Positions 1-10,881 of a stretch of DNA of 64,000 nt are shown piece after piece (the first letter of the stretch is position 1; every line of letters starts with the position of its first letter). Location: positions 6,387,235 through 6,451,234 of the forward strand of contig OZ245046.1 in assembly GCA_965224245.1 (NCBI GenBank), given 5' to 3'. The notes under the pieces were generated by a model that was given only the letters and a program-made list of their open reading frames with translations, ran no database searches and was not told the DNA's origin. A program made the position numbers and the translations under genes. Source of the stretch: Candidatus Eiseniibacteriota bacterium (GTDB lineage Bacteria > Eisenbacteria > RBG-16-71-46 > CAZAMP01).

Positions 1-121
1 GATCGATGATCGAGGATCCCGATCACGTGATGAATGCCGGTTCGTGTCTATGCGATTTCAGGAGGATCCGTTCCCGGGGTTCCGGCGCAGCGCGCCACGC
101 TCTGGAATGGCATGCCACGCA

Positions 122-682
122 TCACCACACGCGAAGCAGCTTGCGCCGGTCCGTGAAGCTTCCGATCTGTGCGGACAGGTAGTAGACGCCCGGCCGCACC
201 GGGCGATCACGATCGTCGCGACCATCCCACGCGACCTCGTACCAGCCCGGAGCGTAGGCCCGATCGACGAGCTCGCGGACCTGTCGTCCGGCCACGTCGT
301 GCACGACGAGCCGGACCCTCGCTTGCTCCGACACCGCGAAGGGAACCTGCGTGATGGCACGGAACGGGTTCGGGTGCGCGCTACGCATCGCGTGCACGCC
401 GGGGAGCGGTGTCTCCGGCGTGTCGGCATCGAGGAGACCCGGATAGGGAACCCAGAATCCCTGGACGAGCTGCAAGCCGCCGCCCGAGGCAAACCCCACG
501 GGACCGGCCTCGGCCAGGGTCGCCTGGAGTCGGACTCCACCGCCGGTGGCGTCGGTGGCGCCTCCGGAGAACGCGACGCGACCGAGCGTATAGGCACCCG
601 CAAAGGATGCGGTGAGCGTCGCAAGCGCCAGGAGCAGCGCCGTTCGCGTCACGACAGAGCGATGACTGGAGAAACGCGGCAA
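122..682 (-). CDS. Small secreted protein: Gly-rich N-terminal domain plus FlgD-Ig/T9SS-like C-terminal sorting domain
   Basis: ORF 122..760. TTG at 682 chosen because GGAGG lies 9 nt upstream. Signal peptide (TRTALLLALATLTASFAGA), Gly-rich segment ending LQLVQGFW, then HPNPF...VHDVAGRQVREL...WDGRDD...PGVYY. Confidence 0.8.
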   Translation of the reverse strand: MPRFSSHRSVVTRTALLLALATLTASFAGAYTLGRVAFSGGATDATGGGVRLQATLAEAGPVGFASGGGLQLVQGFWVPYPGLLDADTPETPLPGVHAMRSAHPNPFRAITQVPFAVSEQARVRLVVHDVAGRQVRELVDRAYAPGWYEVAWDGRDDRDRPVRPGVYYLSAQIGSFTDRRKLLRVW

Positions 683-874
683 GATCCATGACCTCCGTTC
701 TGGGCGTGCGGCACGTCGGCCACGGACTGTCCCGATCAGGGTCTCCATTATGGCGCACAATCGGGTTGGCTGCCTAGTCGCTTGCGCCGCTCCCTACCGC
801 GGTGTCCAGGAATCCGATCGCAATGTCCGAAAACACGATCGCGCCGCCAAGCTGGAGGTCGCCTCGCGTCGGTC

Positions 875-3019
875 TCACTCGAGTCGGACCACCTCGCGCA
901 CGGTCACGTCGTTGCCCGCGACCAGCTCCACGAAGTAGTGACCGGGCGCCAGCTCGGCCGCGTCCCAGGCGACCTGCCGTTCGTGCCCGGTTCCCCTGCC
1001 CTCGAACAGTGTAGCGATGCGGCGGCCGGTCACATCGTAGACGGTCATGCGGATCTCCACGTCCGCGCGGGATTGGAATCGGACCGTGGTGTCGGTTCGG
1101 AACGGGCTCGGCGTGGCGATCAGCAGGGGGCTTCCCGGCGCAGCTCCCGGTACGCCGAGCGCGGGGGTTGCTTCGCCACGCACTCGGACCGTGGTCTGGG
1201 GAATCGGAACGTGGTTCTCCGGCGGACCCGGGTCGTACTGCTCGTCAGCCTCCGGTCCCGCGCCGAACCCGAACATCAGGCGTCCTGCCCCCGACGCGCT
1301 GCCACGACCCAGCAGCGCGATCCGCGGACCTTCGGGAGGGATCGCGGGCGGTATCTCGAGGTCGAGTCCGCTCAGGTCGAAGCTCAGCAGCGTGGGGCTC
1401 GTGAGTACGTCCGTGACGCGCACCACGCCGTGGCCTCGCACGATCGTGAGTCGATCCGTCACGTCCACGTGGAAGAGCTTGCCAGGACTGGAGGGGCTCG
1501 AAACGTCGCCGCTGACCGGCACCCCAGGTGGCCACGCCATCAGATCGAACTCCATCATCTCGAAGCACGGCGTCGGCCCCCGTCCCTGATCGCAGGGACC
1601 CAGACCGGTCGCCACGACCTCGAAACGGGTCAGTACCGTCGACTCCGTCACCTGGTCCAGCAGATGCACCACCAGGCTCACGTCGTCGGTATCCGTGTCG
1701 TGGTAGGACGAAACCCCGATCTCGGACTCGCCGCGCGATAGAGGCCCGAGTCCGTTTCGGAGGATGTCGGTCTGCGCGACGCAAAGCCGCGACACGTCCC
1801 CCTCTTCGGTCCCGACGAGCAGTTCCACGTCCTCGCCGTCGGCCAGCGGCCACCGGACGGCCAGAGCCGAGGCGTTGCTGCCGGTGCTGTCGATCCCGGT
1901 GGCGGAGACGATCGCGCCCGCCTCTGCATCGATCACGTGAACCCGGCCGACCTGATCGGGCGCGTAGACGGCGCCGGCGACCGGATCGAACGCCAGCAAG
2001 TAGGGTCCCCCCACGCCGTCCGGGACGACCGCGGTCCACTCCCAGGTGGCCGACGCTCCGTCGTCACGGGCCAGGTGCACCCTCCCGAGGAAATCGCGGA
2101 CGATGATCGCGTCGTGATACGGCGGGACGAACGGCGCGATCACGTCTGCACGTATCGGAGCCCCGCTGGGCACGGAAACCGACCAGCGAGGCGAGCCGTC
2201 CGCCGGGTTCCAGGCTGAGAGCTGGGTACCCCCTGCGGTGTACAGAACGTCGTTGCGGATGACCGCCGGTCCCCAGAGCCTGCCCGCGTCCACCGCCCAG
2301 GTCGACGTGGCCGTGATCAGGTCGAGTGCAAACAGGCTGGCGCTCGGCGTGATCGAGTTGTCCGCTCCCACGAACAGCAGATCGAGGAAGGGATCAATGC
2401 TCAACCCCCGCACCGCCCCCAGGATCTCGGATGCATTCGACTCGAACTGGAAGCGGGGCGTCGCCGTCTCCACCTCGATCCCGAGAACGAAGTTGGGCGG
2501 ACCGGAGCATTCCTGTGGGATCGACGAGGCCACGAACACGAGACCGTCAGCGTACGCTGTCCGAAACGAGTCCGACGCCCGGTCATACATGTGGACCACC
2601 GGAGTCGCTTCCATCCGGTCCTCGGGACACGAAGCGAGGTTGTGCGTCCACAGCGGATCGGCGAGCAAGCTGCCGTCGGGCTCGATGACGGACTCACTGA
2701 CGTACGCCGTTCCCCACACCGTGAAGGCGTGGGACGACCCGTCGTCCCAGGGAACGAGCACGCCCTCGCGTCCCCCGATGGTCGACGAGTTGTCGATGTG
2801 GCTCAACGTGCTCGGATGTCGGGTGTGCAGAAACATCTCGGTCCCGACGAGGAGGAAGTCGAACCCATCGGCTTCCAGGATGACGCCGGACGGAGTGAAG
2901 TCCAGATCCGCATGGGCGAGTGGGTTCTGGTCGATACAATCTCCCGCCCGGACCATCTGAATGGCCGAAGCGAGTAGGAGGGAAGTCACCGTAGCCGTCA
3001 GCGTCGATGCGACACGCAT
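875..3019 (-). CDS. Secreted PQQ-like beta-propeller protein with an unnamed middle domain and C-terminal sorting domain; paralogue of 43010..45208
   Basis: ATG 3019 after GAGGA. Signal peptide MRVASTLTATVTSLLLASA. Propeller blades (LFALDLITATSTW, LSAWNPADGSPRW). C-terminus TPSPF...VYDVTGRRIATL...PGHYFVEL. Confidence 0.8.
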   Translation of the reverse strand: MRVASTLTATVTSLLLASAIQMVRAGDCIDQNPLAHADLDFTPSGVILEADGFDFLLVGTEMFLHTRHPSTLSHIDNSSTIGGREGVLVPWDDGSSHAFTVWGTAYVSESVIEPDGSLLADPLWTHNLASCPEDRMEATPVVHMYDRASDSFRTAYADGLVFVASSIPQECSGPPNFVLGIEVETATPRFQFESNASEILGAVRGLSIDPFLDLLFVGADNSITPSASLFALDLITATSTWAVDAGRLWGPAVIRNDVLYTAGGTQLSAWNPADGSPRWSVSVPSGAPIRADVIAPFVPPYHDAIIVRDFLGRVHLARDDGASATWEWTAVVPDGVGGPYLLAFDPVAGAVYAPDQVGRVHVIDAEAGAIVSATGIDSTGSNASALAVRWPLADGEDVELLVGTEEGDVSRLCVAQTDILRNGLGPLSRGESEIGVSSYHDTDTDDVSLVVHLLDQVTESTVLTRFEVVATGLGPCDQGRGPTPCFEMMEFDLMAWPPGVPVSGDVSSPSSPGKLFHVDVTDRLTIVRGHGVVRVTDVLTSPTLLSFDLSGLDLEIPPAIPPEGPRIALLGRGSASGAGRLMFGFGAGPEADEQYDPGPPENHVPIPQTTVRVRGEATPALGVPGAAPGSPLLIATPSPFRTDTTVRFQSRADVEIRMTVYDVTGRRIATLFEGRGTGHERQVAWDAAELAPGHYFVELVAGNDVTVREVVRLE

Positions 3020-3252
3020 GCGTCCTCGATTCCGCTCCTCTGCGGTCTGCAAGCCAAGGCGCTCCAATTCCGTGGTATCCGAGAATCGATCGCGCTGCCA
3101 GATTGTAGCCTATGAGCCCTACGCGACGAGTCTGACCAGCGCCGGAGAGCGCCAGCGTCGACCGACCCCTGGTCTCCCGGTCCGGCCCCTTATCCGTTGA
3201 CGCAGCCCCGCCGATCGGTCATGCATGGGATCTCGGAGACAGGAGGTCAGGC

Positions 3253-4596
3253 ATGACATCGCGCCGGGCGGGAACGCTCATCGGGATCACGATCGCGCTG
3301 TCGATCGCGGGGCTTGCCGGCCTGTACACCCGCGGCGGCGATCAGCCCGAGGCGACGCCCGTCCCCGGATCCGCGGCTCCTCCCAGGCACGGCAAGGCCA
3401 CCGAGGTGAAGCAGAAGGCATCACCGAGCAAGTCACCCGAGGGGGCGCTGCCGGCGCTGCTCGTCTCCCAGGCCCAGTTCGAGACCGGCCCCGACGGCAA
3501 ACCCGCGGCCGGGCCCGCGAAGCTCGTGATCTGGCGCACCGACGGAGCGGACTGGTACGAGGAGGTCATCGAGGACGAGGGCTCCAACGTGTTCCACAAG
3601 GCGATCGGCTGGCGCGGCGGCATCCTCACGATCGCCGGAGCGCAATTCGGTCACGACCCGCCGTTGCCGGCGCAGCTGCGTGTCTGGAAGCCTTCGCAGG
3701 GCGGTTGGAAGCCCACGACCCTGTGGGAGCAGCGGTGGGAGGGCAAGTTCCAGCGGCTGCGCGATCTCGAGATCGGCGACGTCGATGGCGACGGCAAGGA
3801 GGACATCGTCCTCGCCACCCACGACATGGGCGTGGTGGCGGTCGGCACCGAGAACGCGGACGGAACCTGGACCTTCGTCGAGCTCGACGAGACGCCGGAC
3901 ACCTTCGTACACGAGATCGAGATCGGCGATGTGGACGGCGACGGACGGAACGAGTTCTACGCCACGCCCTCCGAGCGGAACCAGTCCAGCGGCGAGTCCC
4001 AGCCAGGCAAGGTAGTGCGTTACGACATGAAGGGCGGCCTGTGGGCCCGCAGCGACGTGGTGACCTGGGATGTGTCGCACGCCAAGGAGATTCTGGTCAC
4101 TGACCTGGATGGCGATGGCCGCGACGAGCTGTACGTCGTCCGGGAGGGGCACGTCACCAGCTCGGGCGCCGGCGCGACGGAGCTCAGGGATCCCGTGCGT
4201 ATCGCGCGCATGGACCCCGTCGATGGCGCCTGGGAGTCAACCGGCATCACCCAGCTCCAGGACCATCTGTGCCGATTCCTGGTCCCGGGCGACGTCGACG
4301 GCGACGGGCGCACCGACCTGGTTGCGGCGGGTTACAAGAGCGGGCTGTGGCTCCTGCGCCAGCAGCCCGACGGGACCTTCGAGAACCTGCTCATCGACGA
4401 GGACTCCGGCGGCTTCGAGCACGCGACCCACCTCGCGGACCTGAACGACGACGGCGAGCTCGAGATCTACGTCGCCGCCGACGACCAGCGCGAGCTGCGG
4501 TGCCACACCTGGAACGGACACGGGTTCGACGAGGTGAAGATCGCGGCGATTCCGCCCGGCCACATCACCTGGAACATCCAGGACGCGAAGCTGTAG
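3253..4596 (+). CDS. Membrane-anchored or exported FG-GAP/VCBS-repeat beta-propeller protein
   Basis: AGGAGG RBS, N-terminal hydrophobic helix, repeated Ca-binding motifs (GDVDGDGKEDI, GDVDGDGRNEF, DLDGDGRDEL, GDVDGDGRTDL, ADLNDDGELEI). Confidence 0.85.
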   Translation: MTSRRAGTLIGITIALSIAGLAGLYTRGGDQPEATPVPGSAAPPRHGKATEVKQKASPSKSPEGALPALLVSQAQFETGPDGKPAAGPAKLVIWRTDGADWYEEVIEDEGSNVFHKAIGWRGGILTIAGAQFGHDPPLPAQLRVWKPSQGGWKPTTLWEQRWEGKFQRLRDLEIGDVDGDGKEDIVLATHDMGVVAVGTENADGTWTFVELDETPDTFVHEIEIGDVDGDGRNEFYATPSERNQSSGESQPGKVVRYDMKGGLWARSDVVTWDVSHAKEILVTDLDGDGRDELYVVREGHVTSSGAGATELRDPVRIARMDPVDGAWESTGITQLQDHLCRFLVPGDVDGDGRTDLVAAGYKSGLWLLRQQPDGTFENLLIDEDSGGFEHATHLADLNDDGELEIYVAADDQRELRCHTWNGHGFDEVKIAAIPPGHITWNIQDAKL

Positions 4597-4834
4597 GCCG
4601 TCAGTCCGTAGGGGAAGCGCTATGTGGCGGAGACGCCGGTAGGCCACTGCGGCTGGTGGCTGCCACCGCGTCTCCGGCGAGCCTCGGCGCTCCGAGTCCA
4701 AAGCGGGGACGCAACCAGGCAAGAGCCTGTGTGTGGAAACCCCTGATTGCCGGAAGCCGCCATCACCGCGACGATGGACGGCGGCGGTGCACCCCAAACG
4801 TCCCCCACGAGACGACTGGCCGAGGAGGTGTCTC

Positions 4835-5434
4835 ATGCATGCACGTCGATGGATCCGGACCCTTTCGATGATCGCCGTCACGGCATCGATCACCTGGGCA
4901 ACTTCTGCCGCCGAGGGGATCGGGATCCGTGGAGGCCTGGGTACCGACATCGAAGGTGGTCTCGCCCTCGGAGCCGGCGTGAACTACCTCGTGGCGGCCG
5001 GGAAGGGATCGGCGGAGCTCGGCGTGCTGCTGTTCGGTGGGAGCTTCGAGGAGACAACCGAGGAGTTCCACACCTACGAGGAGACCACGGACCTGTTCGT
5101 GTTCGGACTCCTCGCGACCTACCTGCACAACCACGAGCCGAACCGTACCGCCCCGTACGTGCTCGCAGGGTTCGGGCTCGGTGCGATCAACGTGGAGTGG
5201 GAGGAGCGCAGTGACACCGACTCGTCACTGGGAACACCACTGCCGGGCGGCGGGAGCAAGCAGGCGGAGGACGGCTCCGCAGGCGGAACCGTGTTCACCG
5301 TGGGTGGCGGGATGGCATTCGAGAGCGGCGTCGACGTGCGTGCAGAGCTCCCGATCATCGTGACGTTCTCGGCTCCCGGTGAGGCATCGTCGGTGATCCC
5401 CACGTTCATCGCGACGGTCGGGTTTCGCTTCTAG
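4835..5434 (+). CDS. Outer-membrane beta-barrel protein (OmpA/OmpW-like, about 8 strands)
   Basis: GAGGAGG RBS, signal peptide, amphipathic strands (PYVLAGFG, FTVGGG), C-terminal GFRF BAM-type signal. Confidence 0.8.
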   Translation: MHARRWIRTLSMIAVTASITWATSAAEGIGIRGGLGTDIEGGLALGAGVNYLVAAGKGSAELGVLLFGGSFEETTEEFHTYEETTDLFVFGLLATYLHNHEPNRTAPYVLAGFGLGAINVEWEERSDTDSSLGTPLPGGGSKQAEDGSAGGTVFTVGGGMAFESGVDVRAELPIIVTFSAPGEASSVIPTFIATVGFRF

Positions 5435-5683
5435 CTGCGCTCGCGGAAGTCATCGCGTCCTCGAGAGCGACGTCGCCCGTCGTGAGCGGAGCGGTGGGTT
5501 GCTGACCAGGAGACGACGTGAAGGCGCCGTTCATGGACTCGGTCGAGCTCGTTCCTGCGAGTTAGTGAAATCACTACGCATTCACCTCGTTCGGTTTCTA
5601 CCTACTGCCAAGCCGGTATTCACCAACGATAATTGTGGAGCAGTCGTACAGAAGCAACGGTGGTCCGTCCGAGGGGAGTCGTC

Positions 5684-7852
5684 ATGGGAGCATCGAGATG
5701 GATGAGTGCCGTCCTGTGGGTGGCAGTGTGCGTCACCGCCTCGCACGGGGAGACCGGCTACAGCGAGAACATGGCGCTCGTGGGGAGATGGGGGCGCGGA
5801 CCGTGCGGGGACGGAGATGTGAACGGAACCGTCGCATACTTCGGCGACGGGGCTTACCTCAGGATCTACGACTTCGCGGATCCCGCATCGCCGGTGCTCC
5901 TGGGAAGCCATCTTGCACCGGGCCCGATCCAGGGCATCGACGTCGAGGGCGGTTACGCCTACCTCGCCGACTGGCAAGACGGATTGCGTATCGTGGATGT
6001 CTCGAATCCCGCCACGCCTTCGGAGATCGGGTATCTCGATACACCGGGAGACGCGAGGGGCGTCGCCGTCGTCGGGACGCTTGCATACCTGGCTGACGGC
6101 CTGAGCGGACTTCACATCATCGATGTCTCCAATCCGGCCGCTCCGTCCGAACGCAGCGTATTCGACACCGCTGGGCAGGCCTACGATGTTGCGATCAGCG
6201 GCTCCTACGCCTACGTGGCCGACACCTCCGGCGGCCTACGGATCCTCGACGTGTCCAACCCCGACGCCCCTACCGAGGAGGGCTCCCTCGCAACGGATGA
6301 CACGACCTACGACGTGGTCGTCAGTGGCGCCTATGCCTACGTCGCCGACCGATTCGGTGGCCTTCGTGTCGTCGACGTGTCCATGCCCGCAGCGCCGGCG
6401 GAGGTCGGTTCTCTGTACACGGGGTACGCCATCTCGGTCGAGATGGGTGGCGGCTTCGTCTACACGTCCGGCCAGGTCTTTCTCGACGTGGTCGACGTCG
6501 GTGATCCGACCAGTCCGACGACGGTGGGGTCGTACGATCCCACCGGTCTTCCGCTTCACGGAAAGATCGTCTACGACGCGGGCGTTGCATACGTGGCGGA
6601 CGTCCGGGCGGGCTTTCGGGCGATCGACGTCGCCGTTCCGACGGAACCGACGGATGTGGGTCACGTCGACGGTCTGGACATCACGTACGGTGCCGATGCA
6701 CAGGAGGGGTACGTCTACGTCGCGAACTACGTCGGCGGACTTCGTGTGCTGGACGTTTCCGATCCGTCTGCACCCGAGGAAGTGGGTTCCTACCGGCCGG
6801 GGTTCGACGTGAGGGATGTCCGGGTGGTCGGTGACTACGCCTACCTGGCGTGTGCGGCCCGTGGGCTGCGCATCGTGGACGTGTCGACTCCGACCACGCC
6901 CACCGAGGTCGGGGCAGAAGACCTTCCCACGTCAGCAGACGCCATCGACGTGTCCGGCGGTTACGCATATGTGACGGGTCAGCGCAGCTCGGGCGAGGAG
7001 CTCTACGTCCTCGACGTGAGCAATCCCGCGGCGCCGATCAGAGCCGACTCCCTGGACCTGCCGGGGACCACCCCGCGCGACGTGGTGGTTCATGGCACCC
7101 ACGCGTACGTTGCGAGCTTCGGGGAGGGGCTCCGCATCGTCGATGTCTCCAACCCGGCATCGATCGCCGAAGTCGGCGCCGAGACTTCACGTATCGCGAT
7201 CGGAGTCGCGATCCAGGGTGACTACGCGTACGTGGGCGCCGGTGGCAACACGATGAGCATCATCGATGTGTCCAATCCAGCGGCACCGGTCGAGGTCGGC
7301 ACCGCAGGCATGCTCGGGGCCGCCTGGGGAACGGCGGTGAGTGGCGACTACGCGTATGTGGCGAACGAGGAGTACGGCGTTCGCGTGTTCGACGTGACGG
7401 ATGTAACCAGCCCGGTCGAGGTGGGCAGGTATGACACCGGGGACGAGGCGCGTTGGCTCGTCATGCTGGGAGACCTCGTCGTCGCAGTCGACTGGCAGGA
7501 CGGTATCTGGATTCTCGAGATGGATCCGATCGCCGCGGTCGATGGTGACGTGCCAGTACCTGGCTTCGTGCTGTACCCGTGCGCACCCAATCCGTTCACC
7601 TCGTCGACCACGATCACGTACGCACTCGGAACACCGTCCACTGTGACGCTGCGCATCTACGACGCAAGAGGACGTCTGGTTCGTGTGCTACGAGACGGCG
7701 CCACGGATGGTTCGGGTCCACACTCGGTCACGTGGGATGGTGTCGATCGCCGGGGAGTGCCGGTGGCGCCCGGCGTCTACTTCTATCACCTGGAGGCCGG
7801 CTCGTTCACGGAGACGAGGAGCATGGAGCTGCTGAGGTCGACGCCAGAATAG
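5684..7852 (+). CDS. LVIVD-repeat secreted protein with FlgD-Ig C-terminal domain
   Basis: Signal peptide, more than a dozen repeats of G.YAYVA...GLRI(V/L)DVS(N/D)P..P.EVG, C-terminus APNPF...IYDARGRLVRVL...WDGVD...PGVYFYHL. Confidence 0.92.
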   Translation: MGASRWMSAVLWVAVCVTASHGETGYSENMALVGRWGRGPCGDGDVNGTVAYFGDGAYLRIYDFADPASPVLLGSHLAPGPIQGIDVEGGYAYLADWQDGLRIVDVSNPATPSEIGYLDTPGDARGVAVVGTLAYLADGLSGLHIIDVSNPAAPSERSVFDTAGQAYDVAISGSYAYVADTSGGLRILDVSNPDAPTEEGSLATDDTTYDVVVSGAYAYVADRFGGLRVVDVSMPAAPAEVGSLYTGYAISVEMGGGFVYTSGQVFLDVVDVGDPTSPTTVGSYDPTGLPLHGKIVYDAGVAYVADVRAGFRAIDVAVPTEPTDVGHVDGLDITYGADAQEGYVYVANYVGGLRVLDVSDPSAPEEVGSYRPGFDVRDVRVVGDYAYLACAARGLRIVDVSTPTTPTEVGAEDLPTSADAIDVSGGYAYVTGQRSSGEELYVLDVSNPAAPIRADSLDLPGTTPRDVVVHGTHAYVASFGEGLRIVDVSNPASIAEVGAETSRIAIGVAIQGDYAYVGAGGNTMSIIDVSNPAAPVEVGTAGMLGAAWGTAVSGDYAYVANEEYGVRVFDVTDVTSPVEVGRYDTGDEARWLVMLGDLVVAVDWQDGIWILEMDPIAAVDGDVPVPGFVLYPCAPNPFTSSTTITYALGTPSTVTLRIYDARGRLVRVLRDGATDGSGPHSVTWDGVDRRGVPVAPGVYFYHLEAGSFTETRSMELLRSTPE

Positions 7853-7941
7853 CGACGTCGTCGTCCTGTTTGGCTACAGAGTGCCGGCCGGAGCAGGTGC
7901 CTGTCCGTCCGTGCCGAAAACCTCGACGAAAGGTGCGGACG

Positions 7942-10758
7942 ATGCGGAGCTCCAGCAGTCGGTCGTGGGCGTCCCTGCTCCTGGCGGGAATCGCGGTTGG
8001 TCCGGTCCTCTCCGCCTGGCTCGTTCCATCGCGCGCGGCGTCACCCGCCACACGATCGGAATCCTCGTCCAGCAGCGTCGTGCCTCTCGTGGCACAGACC
8101 GCGCGCGTACCGGTCCCCGACACGCTGTGGTTCGGCGGGAAAGACGCGACGACGGGCCTGCCGCTCGAGGGCGGGACCTGGACGTTCGATGACGGCACGA
8201 TGCAGGGGTGGTCGTCGGCGGAGTCGTTCAATCCTCGACCGTACTTTCGTCACGTCACCGCTGACTCCGCGTCGACTCACGCGGACCCCGTGGATCCGAC
8301 GATCACGGCCGCCGGATCGGTGGGGTCCATGTGGTGTGGCGTGCATGCGGACGAGGCACTGGACATGTGCTGGCCAGGAGGCCAGGGGTATGGCAACTAC
8401 TGGTCGCAGGCGCTGCGCAAGACGTTCACGTTCTTGTTCTTCCCGTCGAGCATCTCCATCTCGCTGGATTACTTCGTCGATCTCGAGTGCATGTTCGACT
8501 TCGGGTACGTCTTCGCCTACCACGAACCCACGGGATACCGATCCGGACCTTACAATCCATCTCCGGGCAGCCAACCTTGCTTCGACCTCCAAAACCGCGG
8601 CTACTCGGGCTCCGTGCCGGAAGGCCTCGCGCTGGGCAGTCCCGCGTCGCCGATGTCGGCGAGCATGACCATTCTGGACTGGCCGTTCGCGGACGAGATC
8701 ACGATCGAGATCGTCGCCGTCACCGATCCGATCTACTCGGACGCACTCGACGAGCTCGGGATCTACCTGGATACGTCCTACGGCGCGTTCGGCGTGGACA
8801 ACGTCGACGTCGAGGGTGGCGGGATCGACGACCTGTCCGACTTCGAGCCCACGGAGATTCCGGGAGAAGAGTACGATGGATGGACGCCGGCCGTGATCGC
8901 TCCCGGCCCGCTGGCTGCGGTGTCGCACCTCTCGGGGCTGGATCCCGTTCCCGATCCTGCTGGATGTGAGCTCTCCGAGTATGTCTTGCATGTCTCCGCG
9001 ACCGGCGGATCCTCTCCCGCACACCCCCGTTGGCAGGCGGAGTCCGTGATCTCAAATGCGATCGCCGTGAGCGACGTCGCGGACGTCGAGGGCGTGGTCG
9101 TCGAGTTCGACGGCTTTCTGGAGGGTCACACGGAGTCGGGGGTCGGCTATCTCGTCCGCACCCAGTACTACCCGTGGACGTGCCCGGAGAACGGAACCGT
9201 CGGCTGGACACCCATCGGGGTCGGTCCCCTGGTCCTGGAGACCGCCGAGGGTTGCTCGAGGCACATCGTCGACAGCTCGGCGTTTCTTCCCCCTGACGGT
9301 GTCGATTCAGTTCGTGTGGAGCTGCTCGTCATCGGAGAGTGTGGCTGGATGGGTTACGGCACGCCCTGCGGTCCGGAAGGTTCGAACGACTCTCCCTACA
9401 TCGACAACGTACGGCTCGGCCTTCTGATCCCCGGTTCGCCCGAAGCAGATCTCGAGATCTTCGTGGGGCTCGCCGGGCTCCCCGGATTCGAAGGGGAGAC
9501 GATCACGTACGTACTCAGGGTGCGCAACCTCGGTCCTGACGCCGCGACCGGCGTCCGGGTGTCCGACCCGCTCCCATCGTCTCTCACGTTTCTCGAAGCG
9601 TTCCCGGACCAGGGGACGTACGACTCCACGACCGGTGACTGGGACGTCGGAGACGTGGACGTCGGCGCATCGTTCGAGATGAAGCTCCAGGCCACGGTGA
9701 ACCCCGGCACGGCCGGCACCACCATCGACAACACCGCCGTGATCGTGGCGTCGGATCAGGCGGATCCGCGGTCGATCAACGACTCCATGACGAGCTCGTT
9801 CGTTGTGTTGCACTCCGCCCCGGTCGACGCTCTGTACGGCGCCGCGGTGTCGGGCGATCTCGTACGCATCGACCCGGTCACCGGAGAGGGATCGCTCGTG
9901 GCGACGTACGATGCCACCTGGACCGCGCTCGCCGTCAGTCCTCTCGGTGGGCTGATCGCAACCCAGGACTACGACGTGGAGACGTGCTGGCTGGATGCCG
10001 AGGTGCCGCAGCGGACGTGCGTTCCGAACCCTTCGCTCTTCGATGCGATGGACTACTCACCCGACGGCACGCTGTACGGGCTTTGGTTTGGGATCTTCGT
10101 GACGTACGACTTCCCCACAGACGTGGTGCACTACGTCACGCAGATCGTGGACCCCGTGCTCACCGGCTTCGCCTTCGATCCTCTGGATGGCCGCGTCTGG
10201 GCATGCTCGGACGACTACATCTACACGGTGGATCTGGACGCGGGGACCGTCGACCCCGTCGGCCCCGCATTTCGTCTGGGTCTGCACGATCTGGAGTTCG
10301 ATTCCCTGGGTAAGCTCGTCGCGATCGGAGGTTTCCCTTTCGAGAGTGCGTATCTGGTCGACGTGGACAAGGAAACCGGAAGGACGATGAACGCTCGTAC
10401 CGTGTGGACCGATCAGATCCGGGACATCGCCAGGCTCGATGCGCCACTCCTCCACGCGGGGGGCACGAACTCGACACCCGCGGGCGCCTTCCTCGGGCAC
10501 GCTCGTCCGAACCCGTTCCGATCCAGGACCCGGATCTCGTTCCTGCTCCCGGTGCGCGCACGCGTTGCCGTGGACGTGTTCGATGTCTCGGGGCGATTCG
10601 TTCGATCGTTGACCCACGAGGAGTGGCCGGCCGGCGCCCACGAAATCGAGCTCTCGGCCGCGGACGCGCGCCGGGACAGGCTGCCGCCGGGCGTGTATTT
10701 CGTTCGCCTCGAGGCGGGGTCGATCGAGGCCACCCGACGAGTGATCGTGACCCCGTAG
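7942..10758 (+). CDS. Large secreted protein: uncharacterised N-terminal region, DUF11-like Ig domain, beta-propeller, C-terminal sorting domain
   Basis: Signal peptide from ATG 7942. ADLEI...GETITYVLRVRNLGPDAATGVRVSDPLP...NTA is DUF11-like. Propeller blades (LAVSPLGG, MDYSPDGTLYG, FAFDPLDG). RPNPF...PGVYFVRL tail. Confidence 0.85.
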   Translation: MRSSSSRSWASLLLAGIAVGPVLSAWLVPSRAASPATRSESSSSSVVPLVAQTARVPVPDTLWFGGKDATTGLPLEGGTWTFDDGTMQGWSSAESFNPRPYFRHVTADSASTHADPVDPTITAAGSVGSMWCGVHADEALDMCWPGGQGYGNYWSQALRKTFTFLFFPSSISISLDYFVDLECMFDFGYVFAYHEPTGYRSGPYNPSPGSQPCFDLQNRGYSGSVPEGLALGSPASPMSASMTILDWPFADEITIEIVAVTDPIYSDALDELGIYLDTSYGAFGVDNVDVEGGGIDDLSDFEPTEIPGEEYDGWTPAVIAPGPLAAVSHLSGLDPVPDPAGCELSEYVLHVSATGGSSPAHPRWQAESVISNAIAVSDVADVEGVVVEFDGFLEGHTESGVGYLVRTQYYPWTCPENGTVGWTPIGVGPLVLETAEGCSRHIVDSSAFLPPDGVDSVRVELLVIGECGWMGYGTPCGPEGSNDSPYIDNVRLGLLIPGSPEADLEIFVGLAGLPGFEGETITYVLRVRNLGPDAATGVRVSDPLPSSLTFLEAFPDQGTYDSTTGDWDVGDVDVGASFEMKLQATVNPGTAGTTIDNTAVIVASDQADPRSINDSMTSSFVVLHSAPVDALYGAAVSGDLVRIDPVTGEGSLVATYDATWTALAVSPLGGLIATQDYDVETCWLDAEVPQRTCVPNPSLFDAMDYSPDGTLYGLWFGIFVTYDFPTDVVHYVTQIVDPVLTGFAFDPLDGRVWACSDDYIYTVDLDAGTVDPVGPAFRLGLHDLEFDSLGKLVAIGGFPFESAYLVDVDKETGRTMNARTVWTDQIRDIARLDAPLLHAGGTNSTPAGAFLGHARPNPFRSRTRISFLLPVRARVAVDVFDVSGRFVRSLTHEEWPAGAHEIELSAADARRDRLPPGVYFVRLEAGSIEATRRVIVTP

Positions 10759-10881
10759 GGCGACGGGGCAAACCAGCCGCAAGCCGGAACTCCGAGCTGC
10801 TACACTTCGCCCCCGAGCGACTCGAGAGTCTCCAACGCCACACGCGCAATGTGCGGCGCTCCCGCTACCGAAGGCCGCCCG

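Noticed and set aside
381-689. ATG at 689 just after GGAGGT as the start of the first gene
   Set aside because: Too close to the RBS and out of frame with the CTD protein. TTG 682 fits both spacing and frame.
10767-10800. GGCAAACC resembling the c-di-GMP-I riboswitch core
   Set aside because: Lacks the GNRA-capped stem and the following GACGCAAA-type element.
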